This document shows positions 1 through 12,282 of a stretch of DNA of 51,896 nucleotides, in pieces. Position numbers and translations under genes: made by a program. The stretch is from Octopus bimaculoides (taxonomy: Eukaryota): contig NC_068986.1 in the NCBI RefSeq assembly GCF_001194135.2, forward strand, positions 77,447,772 to 77,499,667, in the 5' to 3' direction. The notes under the pieces were generated by a model. That model was not told the DNA's origin, searched no databases, and worked only from the letters and a program-made list of their open reading frames with translations. Within the stretch, counting starts at the first letter, position 1. Every line of letters begins with the position of its first letter.

Positions 1-41
<41 letters not shown>

Positions 42-703
42 CCTATATGAGTATGTGTGTGTGAGTGTATGTTTGTGCATATATGGCTGTATGTGCATGT
101 ACACATACACATACACATGTAAACCTATTGGATAGCGTGAGTTTAGTTTCATATTTTGCTAAAGGATGGCAAATAATTAAGTAAGAATTTTATGAATCTC
201 TACTAGTTGAAAATTTGTTTGGAGTGACTGACCATGTGAGAATTTTTTTGTATTTTGTATCTAATTGCTTCAAGAGATATCTCATATATATATTCTTTCA
301 TCAAAATATTTCAAATTAAAACAGTTGTTTTATGTTTCTTTTCTTTTAAATTCATCATACAGTATTTTATATTTTGCTTTTTCTTCTTTCATTATTTTCC
401 TCTGAAGAATTTTTTTAGAAAATCCAAGGAATATCGATGTAAAGGAAACATTCTAACAAAATAGATATTTAAAATCCTAGAAATATTTGCAAAACAAAAG
501 CAGAAAGAAATTCTGAAGGATACCAATGAAATTGATACAGTTATAGAGAAATAAAAAAAGAAACAAAACTTCAAACAATAGATAACTGAGAGTAGAAATA
601 AATAAAACATTAAGGAATACTTAAAGAGGATAAATAAATAAATAGGTAAGTAGATGTTAGATAGACAATGAAATACAATGGACACAAAGAAGAAAAGCAT
701 TTG

Positions 704-2025
704 TCATACAAGTTCATCACCTTGATAACCAGGGTTAGTGGCACTATCATAAAATTGTTCGAGTGAAGAACTTGTTGAACTGACACAGCTAAGTCTACGA
801 GAGGGCAGTGTTGGAATAGAATGTTGCACCTGTTGCTGTGATGATGGCACCATCAAGTGCGTCTCTTCAACTGACAAATTAGTTAGTCCTACTGATGTGC
901 TGGGAACAGGAGTATTGTCACTGACATGGACATTGCTTGGGCTGCTTGTAGCATTACTTGCTTTTAAGGTGGCAGTTGGGAGAAAGTCTTTGGGTTCAGC
1001 AGCAAGTTCCACATCAGAGTGCGTTGACTGGGATTCCAGAAGAGACGAACCTGTTCCAGCAGCCCCCTCTGTATCATTTGAGTTATTTGATGTCTCCCCC
1101 AAAACAAAACTAGAGTTATCAATTCCCGGCTGACTGCTTCCGCCTCGAGAATGGTAAGGATAGTCTAACATGTGCAAATTGTTTTCTCGGCTGGAGGTAG
1201 CAGTACCAGTTTTTGATTGACACTGTTGCAAGTGTTCAGTATTATAACCTATGTTGTGAAGTAGCTGTGTGCTGTCACTTATCTCAGTTAGAGTCAGTGA
1301 GGGAGAATGCTGTGAAAGTTCTGAGAATACATTTCCAGACTCTTGTGATGCATAAACACTAAGTGTTGGCTTCACATCATCATCCTCTTCTTCCCCAGTA
1401 ATTTTTTTAACCTCTTCATCACATTCAGCTTCTTCATCAGCCCAATCATTTGACATTGTTTCATCAAACTCAGATGCTGATTCCACTGAATCTTGTCCAT
1501 AAGTACAGTGTGGCTGCTGTTTCGAATGAAAAAGAGCAACTGTACTATCTTCTGTTGATGCGCATTTTGTTTTTAAGAATTTATCTCTGATTCTTGTATA
1601 TTTGGCTCCAGTACTTTGACTCCGAAGTAAGTGACGTGAATGACGTTTAGAGGGTGAGTCAACTTTGTTAATATCTAAAAAATTTAAATTATGTCCAAGG
1701 TGAGGGTGTGAACGTGCATGTTGTTGAGAACTGTGTCTTGGATCAAACTCTCCATCAGATGAATGCTGTACGTTAGGAAAACTTTGATTGACAAAATTCC
1801 ATGGCCACTTAAGAGAATTTCTCCTAGGTGTAGCAGTTAATTGTTTTGTTTGGTCTAGATCTTGGTCTGTTCGATCAGTAGGAATTGTTTGTATATATAC
1901 TCCTTTCAAAGCACTATTTGATCCTGAGCTTGACGATGTTGACGAACTGTAGGTTGTTGGACACATCATTTGAAAAGCTGAATTATCCACGGCTAAAGAC
2001 GAACAATCAGGACCACAATAAAGAC
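704..2025 (-). CDS. Large, probably terminal coding exon of an unidentified minus-strand gene; Ser/Thr/acidic, probably disordered C-terminal region
   Basis: 1.3-kb open frame in DNA where other ORFs are short. Acceptor ttttaattgcag|GT CTT TAT TGT (AG at 2027-2026) extends the ORF-track ORF (GLYCGPDCSSLAVDNSAF...). The phase-1 entry matches the donor at 6091. TGA at 706-704. Basic-basic-x-Ser motifs (RRNS, KRHS, RRLS). Caveat: CTT|GTATGA just before the stop could be a donor. Confidence 0.85.
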
Positions 2026-2919
2026 CTGCAATTAAAACGATTAGTTAATTAATATGAATGGTAAAATTTTTGGTAATATTACTGTTTTTCAATCATTAAC
2101 ATATTAATATATAAAAGAGAATTGAATTAAACCTTCATACTCATTTCTGAAACTATTTTAGAATTGTTGAGATATATACGACAAGATAATTCTCGTAACA
2201 CTATCAATCTACACTGAAGTAAAAAGATTTAAGTGTAAGTTATTATACTTGAGGTGGTGAGTCAAAAGTAACTTTTAACTAATTCCAGAAGATAGTACAG
2301 TTGCTCTTTTTCATTCAAATACGATAAAAGAAATCTTAATGAAATTTATTAACAGAAAGGGTTAGAGAAAGTGCCCCTGGAATTTCCATCAAATTAAATG
2401 GTAATATGCCGAGCAAGAATGAGTTCGATCTTTGGCAGCCATGGTAACACCTTCAGACATGGTTTAGTCTTATTGGACCTACTCAACGAAGCACAGTTCA
2501 CTTAATGCTACCAAAATCTTCAAACAGCAAATAAAAGTAGTTTTTTTGTGTCAAGTACATATGGGTATAGAATGATATATTTTGAGATAATGACAGACTG
2601 TAAATTATAATGGAGAAATTAATAAAGCTTAAACATGTGGTTTATATAAAAATCCCAGATATCAATATGACAATGATACAAAAATAATAGACACTTGATA
2701 TCTAAGCATTCTTTAAGCTATTGTTTCTATGAAGGATGATATAAAAACCTAAATTATCATTGAGAGTTAAAAAGCTATATTGATTACAAAACAGAGCTAT
2801 TTGATTGTGCTAATTTTTTATGTAGCTTGATATGTGTGTGTGTGTATCATATGAGGGTGAGTATGTATGTATGCATGCATGTATGTATGTATAACAAACA
2901 TGATATGGATAGGATAAGA

Positions 2920-3880
2920 AAAAATTATGCAAAATATTTAGCCAATTAGCTCTAAGAACTACAATTAGTACTAACCTTAAAGAAGTCAACTTCCTAGATA
3001 TTAACGTGAACCTTAGCACAGACAAATTTAAACTGTACCTCAAACCAAATGAGGAAGCCTTGTACATAGACATAGGCTCCAACCACTCACCAGCAGTCAT
3101 TAAACAATTAGTTAATAACATTAGTAGGCATGTCTCCAATCTATCCACTGATAAAGACATTTTTGAAAAGGCTGCCCCATACTATAATGCTGCATTAGAA
3201 AGGTCCAGCTTCAAGAATAGCATAAACTACATTGAACCAAATACAGATACATCAAGAAGATATAGAAAGAGGAAAATCTTATGGTTTGATTCATCTTAGA
3301 GTATGAATGTAGCCACTAAAATAGCTAGGAAATTCTTAAAATTAATGGACAATCACTTCCCATATTCACACAAATACCATAAGACCTTCAACAGAAACAC
3401 TGCTAAAGTTAGCTATAGTTGGCTCCCCAATATAGGGTTAATAATACTCAACCACAATAAAAATAAACACACCAGAAATACCCCCAAAAGACACTGCAAC
3501 TGTAGATCTCTAAACCACTTTCCTCTAAATAATAACTGTCTGAAAAAATCATGGATTCCAACAGAGTAACAAAGGCATAGATTGGAACAACGGGCAACTC
3601 ATTCAAAAAAAAGACACACACATCACTTGATGTCATTCAGGGATGAGAATAAAAGACATGCCACACCCCTATCCAATATGATATGGACATTGAAAGAAGG
3701 AGAAGTAAGCAACCACCAGATAATATACAGAGGACAGGGTATCAAGTGTGAGCTCTGTATCACTGAAAAGCTAAATATCATGCAGTCAACAGGTAACATA
3801 TTAAATATTAGGGATGAAACCTCTCCCTGCATACACATGCAATATTTCACATTCAAACACTTCAAAGAGGAACCAGCATG
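2920..3880 (+). mobile_element. Degraded Penelope-like element: RT C-terminus plus GIY-YIG endonuclease
   Basis: Consecutive broken frames with motifs typical of PLE ORFs: EVNFLDINVNL, YLKPNEEALYIDIGSNHSP, RKRKILWF, TFNRNTAKVSYSWLPNI, CNCR...PLNNNCL, KCELCITEK. Stops and frameshifts present. Confidence 0.85.
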
Positions 3881-5807
3881 CACACCACCAATCACACCAG
3901 GATAATTTCTTTCCCTGAATGTCAACATTGAATATATACAACACAGAAACTCCACATATAGAAGACACCTGCCCAAGGAGTTATACAATGGAACTGGACC
4001 ATGTAACTGAGAAGCAAACTTCTTACTACACATATACAAGCACACATATATAAATACAAAAGAGGTTCTTCCAAGCCATTTTAGGTCTTTCTGATGGGCT
4101 AAAATTAACGTAGTTAACATTCAGTTTGAATTGGTAGCTTGATTGAATTGGTACATATAAAGAGTAGAGGAGCAAAATAGTTTAGTAGGAAATTCTGAAG
4201 GTGGAAGAAAAAATAGGTGATTAATTTGTTACTATCATCATTGTTTTTCAGTGCTGGTTTGAGTTGCATGAGACTTTTTGAAGCAGTATTCTAGGGCTGG
4301 ATGCCCTACCCAATGCTAACTCTTACTTGTTTTCTAGTAAGGTATTTTATTTCACTGGTTTTTCACATGTCAAACTGCTAAGGTGTGGGATATATCATTT
4401 ATGATGGACAGAAAACAAATGAAACCACAAAGCAGTGTCAATGCAAAGATTCAAAGAGACACTAACACACATACATATACAAGTAGACACACAGACAAAC
4501 ATTGGACTTCCATCCAATTGTCATTAACTAAATTTCATTCACAAGACATTAGCCAACCTGAAGCTGTAGTAGGAGATACTTGTCCAAAGTACCATACAGT
4601 GGGACTGAGGTTAAAATGATGTGTTTGTGAACTGTTTGTGTTATGTAGTAGCATATAGATATTGATTATGAGGCTGCTTATCAATCTTTTTACATTAAAT
4701 TTATTGAATGGTATACTTTTTCCATGCCTTGACATTGTGCAATATTTGAAAATGAGTGTCACTATCATACAAGCAATACCAATAGTTTCTGAATGTGAAA
4801 ATATGTCCAGTAATGGAAAATTGTTATTTTGCTTGGAAACAAGTGAGGATTGGCAACGAGGGCACCTGGCTGTAACCTCATCCTTAACAAATTAATATCA
4901 GATTTATACTGGCTTTCAGTTACATTATCACTGACAATTACTTCATGTTTTACAGATACAAATAAGTGATATTCAACAACTTGTTTATTTCACACCTGTT
5001 TTTCCATACATGAATGGGTTAGAGTAATACAACCAACCATACTTTTTAGAAAATTTGATAGCAGAAAAATGGTGCTTAGTATGCCATAATTTCTTCAAAC
5101 AGTACTTCCCAGGATTTATATTCTCCTAAAGACTAGCTTAATGAGATCTAAGGGATGCCTCCTTCCCATTGGTCTTACAGTGTGCTGGATACCAACCCAG
5201 AATTTCTGATATCACTCAATTGTCACTGACCCTACAGTGGGCTTATCCATCTTGTTTATTTTGTCCTGTTGGATTTCTGGTAACATTCCTCATCAGGCTA
5301 GCCTGGTGAGGGTGATTGCTTAGTTGCCATTAACCTGATCATGCAACAGGTTGTACTGGTTTACATATACACATACACATGTGTAGCTGTATGTATCTAG
5401 TCCAGAATATTAACTTGTCAACCTCCATGCTGGAAAAACTAGAAAACATTTAGATTCAAAATAAAATATAATAAGCCAGATTTTGTTTTGGGAAAAATAC
5501 AAACAAGAAAACAAGAAAAATAAATTTGAGCAAAGTGACCAGTGAATTTATAGGTTTCCAACAGGTAAGTGGTTAAATATTCTTTCCTTCATTCAAAATA
5601 TCATCATCATCATTTAATGTCAGTTTTTCATGCTGGCATTGACTGGATGGTTTGACAGAATTTGGCAAGTTACATGGCTGTGTCAAGCGTTAATGTCTAC
5701 TTTGGCATGGTTTTTACAGCTTGACACCCTTCCAAACACCAACCACTTTACAGAGTGTACTGGGTGCTTTTTATATGACACTGGCAGCAGTGCACACACA
5801 CACACAC

Positions 5808-5839
<32 letters not shown>

Positions 5840-5849
5840 NNNNNNNNNN

Positions 5850-5886
<37 letters not shown>

Positions 5887-6090
5887 TGTGAGGTTACCAA
5901 GAAATTGCAAGATGGGAAAAAAACAAGAAAAAGTACCCTGCCCCAACTAAATAGGAGAAGGGGACTATTTAAGAGAAAGAGATAGCTTTATGCCAGTTGT
6001 TGAGAGTCCAAAGTATGATAGAGGGACAAAAACAAAAAAATTCATAAACAAAGAAACAAACAAAAATTGAAGAAATCAATGAAAAATTAC

Positions 6091-6328
6091 CTATTCCAGT
6101 ACTTGTTCCTGGTGTAGCATCATCATTATCATCGAGCAGTTGTGGCTCACCACTTGGGGGTCTTACATTAAAGGTAAAATTTGGAGGCAGTGAAATTTGC
6201 TTGGTTACAGCATTTCTCACTTTCAATTCATTTTCATTTTCTTCTATGCAAGTCACTTCAAGTGTGTCCCCTGTGTTGACAGAAGGCATCGTGTCGGCGA
6301 CTGTTGTCATTACTATCGATGGTTTTTC
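6091..6328 (-). CDS. Internal coding exon (EKPSIVMTTVADTMPSVNTG...DDATPGTSTGI-G)
   Basis: Acceptor tttttcttccatacag|GAA (phase 0), donor ATAG|GTAATT (phase 1), open frame. Joins in frame to the 704-2025 exon (G+GT = Gly). Confidence 0.8.
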
Positions 6329-7589
6329 CTGTATGGAAGAAAAACAGTGAAAAAAACTAGAGAAAACTGGAAGAGAATGTTTGGTATCAATGCTCAGTTA
6401 CTGCTTACTGTTTTTAGTCATTGGACTCTGGTTATACACAGGTACTGCTTTCAAATGTTTTGGTCAGTGATATGTAGCCCAATACTTGTTCCGGTCTGAT
6501 ATTTAGTTTATTAATCGATATTTATTGAGTGGTTAAGTTTTATCTTTCTGAGTGCTTGTGCCATGTAAAAAGCACTACTCACCTTGCCTGTGCTTGTGCC
6601 ACACAAAAAAAAAAGCACTAAGTCCACTCTGCTGAGTGGTTGGTGTTATGAAGGGCATCCAGCTGTAAAAATCCTGCCAAAACAGTCACAGAAGTCTGGT
6701 GCAGGCTTTGGCCTAGCTGGCTCTTGTGAAACCATACCACCCAAGATAGCATGGCAGGCAGACGTTAAACGATGATGATGATACAACACTGGTTTTAATC
6801 TGTGTTGTGTCAACACATATACACAAACATGAATATGCATGCATGCACACATTATCATTATTTAACGTCCATTTTCATGCAGGTATGGGTTGGATGGTTT
6901 GACAAGCAATGGCACGTGAGAAGACTGTGCCAAAATCTACTGTCTGCTTTGGTATGGTTTCTATGGCTGTATGCCCTTCCTAATGGCAACCGCTTAACAG
7001 AGTGTACTAGGTGCTTTTTATGTGGCATCAACACCAGTGAAGTCACCAAGGAAATTGCAAGACCCCTGAATGGAGAGTAGTGAGGGCAATGGCTTTGTGA
7101 TGAGAGGTTAGAGTATGATAGAGGGACAGATATAGGTGTCTTTCTGTTGAGGAGATATATGGCTATCTCAGTTGGAAAAGGAGAGAGAGAGATGAAGATG
7201 TGTTGGGGCATACCCTCAAGTAGCAGGGAGGTGTATATAAGTAGAGTGGTACTAAGGATTGGATAGGATGAATTTGCGAAAGTGTGAAAGGAGAGTGAGA
7301 GATGGAGGGAATACAGTGAGTGAATACAGGTAGAGGGAAAGCATGTTAGGAAGGTATGTAGTGCAGGGGAAGGGAAGGTAGAAATCTGTCAGGGACAGAC
7401 TGTGTACAGATACACATACAACTTCTATATACTTTCTGCTTGCCAAATTCTACACACAAGGCATTGGACAACTTATGTCTATAGTAGAAGACAATTGTCC
7501 AAGGTACCATATTGTGAGATTGAATCAGAAACTATGAGGCTGCAAAGCCGTGTCTGTGTCTATGATAGCCATGCTGGAATGCAGTGACA

Positions 7590-8230
7590 TTTAGTCCCAG
7601 AAGAGTCAGATGATTTTTGAAAACTTTAAATCCTGGCATTGGTTTTTCTTCTGAAGAAATAAAGTTCTAGCAGGCATGAGCTTCTACAAAAGTGTAGTTT
7701 CATCAACATTGTATACTTGCTTCCTCCATCAAGAATTTTTTTAGTTGTTTAGTATATTAGTAGCAACTTCTGTATCAACAATGGCAACTTTGCCAGTCGT
7801 ATTTATTTTCTTAAACCTTTACAGCCAGCATTTGCTAGCCAGAAAATGTTTATCATTAGAAGTTTCACCTTCCTTTTTCTGCAAGTCATCATACAAACTT
7901 TTGGCTTTTTCTTAATTACTGTCATACTTATTAGCACAATGCCTTGAGTTTGATTCTCAATCCATCCACCCCAAAGCTGTCTCATTTTAAGTATCACATT
8001 ATATTAGATCTATGACAAAACAAGGTTCAAGCAGTTAACAGAGTAACTTCTAGAGCACTTAATAATAATTTTCTATCTATGGTTACATATTGTTTCCACT
8101 GTACTCATTGCAAATGCCTAACTTTTTCTTTTGCATCAAGCTTTTTAAAAAACATCAAGTTTAATATCCAGTGTAATTTTTCTACAGTTTCTTTTTGCAT
8201 ACCTAACTTCAGTTCCACTTGATGGCTTCT
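7590..8230 (-). mobile_element. Tigger/pogo transposase remnant (HTH-psq, CENP-B-type HTH, start of DDE_1)
   Basis: Fragments RKITLDIKLDV; WIENQTQ...EKAKSLYDDLQKKEGETSNDKHFLASKCW; QVYNVDETTLL*KLMPART/FISSEEKPMPGFKVFKNHLTLLG match Tigger1-type motifs. Missed by the ORF track. Confidence 0.85.
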
Positions 8231-8978
8231 TTCCAGAATTTTTCCTGTGGCAGTGATCAAGAATTATCAACAACAAATATGTATTTTAAAAAATAGCACC
8301 AGAAAAGAACTGCTTTGTGAGAGCAAAGAAACTGTTGTCCTATTCCTCTGAATATAAGAATGGAAATGAGATGATGAAAAGATGGATTGAGGTGGCTGGA
8401 AGTATTGTATGATTTCATTTAGTTGAAGGGTTACCAGGTTCAAGGGCACTTCAACCTTCCACCTCTGACTCAAGCCATAAAACCTCCACATTTCACACAC
8501 ACCCTGTTGTTGACAAACAACATATGAAGCTACAGACATTGTTATCAAGCCAATACTATTAATTTTGTTATCAGTTGTTTATTCAAAAGTTGGTGGGTTA
8601 CTAGTAATGATGGCATTGCTTGCAATAATTTTGGTGTTGGTGATGGTGGGGGTACTGTTGTTGTGATGGTCATATTCTTGTTTATTGTATTGCTGCTGCT
8701 GTTTAATATCAGTCAGTCTTCACTGACTTAAAATGAAAGACATTTCATTCAACATTCAAAAACAAGTGTATCATATTATCTTATGTGTTTGATTTTTTGG
8801 GGGAATGGAAATGTTTATCACTTTTATAGTCTTCATACATGTGTCTTAGCAAATGTTATATAAAACAATGTATGTGTTGAATTAAATTATCTTTCACGTA
8901 CCATTCTGTTGGGATAGAGGAGATATTTAAGGTTGATGACATTTATACATTGAAACAAGATATTATATGATATTATAC

Positions 8979-9101
8979 CTCAATTTCTTGTATTGGTTTA
9001 GGATTTTTTAAATTGTTAAGTGCTGCTTGTTCCTGTGCTTTGCTGAGAGCCTCAAGTTCAGCTTCAAAATCAGCATCCTCATCCATATGCTTGTGAGACT
9101 C
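8979..9101 (-). CDS. Internal coding exon (ESHKHMDEDADFEAELEALSKAQEQAALNNLKNPKPIQEIE), helical/coiled-coil-like
   Basis: Acceptor aattctccttag|GAG, donor GAG|GTATAA, 123 nt, phase 0-0, open frame with protein-like composition. Not in the ORF track. Phase-compatible with 6091-6328. Confidence 0.8.
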
Positions 9102-9511
9102 CTAAGGAGAATTATTAAAGAAGAGAAAATTATTTGTTATCCTTTAAAAAAATTAGCTTAGAAACAACAATAAACAAACATAAATGTATTATTTTCATTC
9201 AAGGCAATTAAGTAACAAAATAAATGTCATAAATTATTAGCATTGATAATTTTGTCAAAGTTTGCATCCTATGGGCTAGTGCAGTATTTCATTCAATATG
9301 TTTTCTTAGATGGTTCCTTATGGGATTCAATAATTACTTAGAATAAAAAGAAAATACATTTGTGTCTATATATCAACTGCATCATTTCCCATTGAAATAT
9401 ATTTATCAATAGTTTCACCAAATCTTTTCATAGCTTTATTCTAATTTGTCCAGGTACCCTTAATATCTAAAGTCTGTTACCAAGTGTAAACTTCTATGTA
9501 TAAATGTTCAC

Positions 9512-9550
9512 ATCTTTATGATGATTTTGTAGTAACTCTTGCAATGTTTC
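9512..9550 (-). CDS. Candidate 39-nt exon (ETLQELLQNHHKD)
   Basis: Phase 0-0, links plausibly between ...RHYFM and ESHKH.... Both splice sites are weak (aattacatag|GAA; GAT|GTGAAC). Confidence 0.5.
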
Positions 9551-10054
9551 CTATGTAATTATGGCATTGAGATGGTTCAGCTGGTCAGATAAACTGTAAA
9601 GAAGCCAGAGTTAATATTCTTAATTTCATCCATGTTGGTACTGAAGTTCCAACTTTTGTTGTGGTCTAGTGTTGGTTTTGTCTAGCTATACAGAAAGCAA
9701 TGACTTTATATGATAGAAAATGTGATATCATAACATTTATACCTTTCCCTGAGGCTTTAACTACATAAATGAAATGCAAGGGATTCAACTGGAAATCGAA
9801 AAATGGGAAGTGGACTTGGTTCTTCACAAGCTTATTTAATGGTACCCAACACATTACAATCAATATAGAGAAAAACAAAATGTTCATATTAAGTGCCTAA
9901 CTTAAATGAGTGATATCTAGATGAAATCTTTTAAGCTGTATTTCTGAAACTCTGTTTCAGGTAGCAAAAAGTTTGCGTCAAAGTTAGAGAAAAATTTAAA
10001 AAAAAAAAGAGGCATTAATCTCAGTTTAATAGTAAGAGATCCACACTGTGTTAC

Positions 10055-10102
10055 CATAAAATAGTGTCTGACCATGGGTTTTTGGTCACTGTAAAACAGC
10101 AA
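10055..10102 (-). CDS. Candidate small exon (LLFYSDQKPMVRHYFM) with two possible acceptors
   Basis: Donor ATG|GTAACA at 10054. Acceptors tatgttctag|TTG (start 10102, phase 0) or gctgttttacag|T GAC (start 10088, phase 2), both in the same frame, with a strong pyrimidine tract upstream. Confidence 0.55.
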
Positions 10103-10174
10103 CTAGAACATAAAGATCAGACTATGCACAAAAGCAAAACAGAAAGATAACATTTAAAGATTTTCAATGCTTAC

Positions 10175-10195
10175 AGAAGAATATAAGAATTTTAG
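10175..10195 (-). CDS. Candidate 21-nt microexon (LKFLYSS)
   Basis: tcttgattttag|CTAAAATTCTTATATTCTTCT|GTAAGC; phase 0-0; would leave a 72-nt intron to the acceptor at 10103. Short enough to be chance. Confidence 0.3.
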
Positions 10196-12239
10196 CTAAA
10201 ATCAAGATAATTTTGCATTTCTGGAAATCTAGAGATAATTAATGTTTCCAGTGAAAAGTGAATTAAATGAGACCAATCTCATCCCCAGAATAGAAATATA
10301 AGCAAATAGCTTCAAGACTGCAGGGATACTGAAAATTCAGAAAGAATATCTTAAGGACAGTCAAGTGAAATTTGTATTATATACACATATTTACAATAAA
10401 AATGTAAAAATATTCAGAAATTATTTATGAAATTCAAATCTCTTTTCCTTTTAGCTCTTTATAATTTACATTCTCTTTCATTATATATGCATGCATAAAT
10501 GTGCTTGCTCATTAAGAAATTAATGTCTCTGTAGATGAAAAATAAAATCAGAAATATACACTGATATAAAATGTACATGAATGGAAATAATCTACATTCA
10601 TATCTGAGGTAGTTAAAAATTGTGGCTGTTAATGCCTGATTTAAGTAAACTGCATGGATTTTCAGACAAAGGGATTTTTGTGAAGAAATCCAAATTTATT
10701 CAGGGATGATAACTTCAGTATTTGAAAGCATATAATATGTAGTAAATGTGAATAAAATGTAGCTATCATTAAAGGATTTTGAAAATGAACAAGTAGCTAC
10801 ACAGGATGGTACATACCAACAAAGAGGTTGTTGTGTATGATATCATTAATAAGATTATTTGTAAATCCCATGAAGATTTTATTATTACATGTACATTAAG
10901 GCTATTCATAATTCAGCATGTGAAACATCATCATCATCTCTTAACATCAATTTTTAAACACACACACACACACACACACAGATGTAAGCATGGTTGTGTA
11001 GATATGGATTTTGCTTTGTCAGCACATCAGTTCACGTTCTATTTCTCTGAGTGGCATTTTACACAAGTGTCTTACTATTACTTCATTTCAACCAAAGCTT
11101 TTTGAGTAGAATTGGTTGACAGAAAGTTCATGGAAACACGTAGACACACATGCACGCACACACACACACACATATATATATAGTATCATTTTAACATTCA
11201 CTTTCCCATGCTTTTATTGGTTGGACAAAGTTTACTGAGGTAGAATTTCTATGGCTGGATACCCTTCCTGTTGCCAATCCTTTCCGGTTTCGAAGCAAGG
11301 TAATATTTTCCTATGGTCAGACATCTTTTACAGAATATAGGAAATGAATGACACTCATTTATAAAAATCATGTGATGTCAAGACAAAGAAACACACACAC
11401 ACACACACAGATATCCACACATACATACATACACATATNNNNNNNNNNNNNNNNNNNNNNNNNNNNNNNNNNNNNNNNNNNNNNNNNNNNNNNNNNNNNN
11501 NNNNNNNNNNNNNNNNNNNNNNNNNNNNNNNNNNNNNNNNNNNNNNNNNNNNNNNNNNNNNNNNNNNNNNNNNNNNNNNNNNNNNNNNNNNNNNNNNNNN
11601 NNNNNNNNNNNNNNNNNNNNNNNNNNNNNNNNNNNNNNNNNNNNNNNNNNNNNNNNNNNNNNNNNNNNNNNNNNNNNNNNNNNNNNNNNNNNNNNNNNNN
11701 NNNNNNNNNNNNNNNNNNNNNNNNNNNNNNNNNNNNNNNNNNNNNNNNNNNNNNNNNNNNNNNNNNNNNNNNNNNNNNNNNNNNNNNNNNNNNNNNNNNN
11801 NNNNNNNNNNNNNNNNNNNNNNNNNNNNNNNNNNNNNNNNNNNNNNNNNNNNNNNNNNNNNNNNNNNNNNNNNNNNNNNNNNNNNNNNNNNNNNNNNNNN
11901 NNNNNNNNNNNNNNNNNNNNNNNNNNNNNNNNNNNNNNNNNNNNNNNNNNNNNNNNNNNNNNNNNNNNNNNNNNNNNNNNNNNNNNNNNNNNNNNNNNNN
12001 NNNNNNNNNNNNNNNNNNNNNNNNNNNNNNNNNNNNNNNNNNNNNNNNNNNNNNNNNNNNNNNNNNNNNNNNNNNNNNNNNNNNNNNNNNNNNNNNNNNN
12101 NNNNNNNNNNNNNNNNNNNNNNNNNNNNNNNNNNNNNNNNNNNNNNNNNNNNNNNNNNNNNNNNNNNNNNNNNNNNNNNNNNNNNNNNNNNNNNNNNNNN
12201 NNNNNNNNNNNNNNNNNNNNNNNNNNNNNNNNNNNNNNN

Positions 12240-12282
<43 letters not shown>

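Noticed and set aside
897-1133. Plus-strand 78-aa ORF with a signal-like N-terminus
   Set aside because: Antisense shadow of the large coding exon; no independent support.
5280-5320. Minus-strand CTGATGAGG...CCAGAAA
   Set aside because: Stem II is 2 bp with a mismatch at the core; at most a decayed relic.
8423-8491. Phase 0-0 exon-like unit GVCEMWRFYGLSQRWKVEVPLNL
   Set aside because: Splice sites are plausible, but it lies beside the Tigger remnant and its composition does not fit the flanking exons.
10196-10329. Hydrophobic frame IPAVLKLFAYISILG... after a good acceptor
   Set aside because: All frames hit stops before a usable donor.
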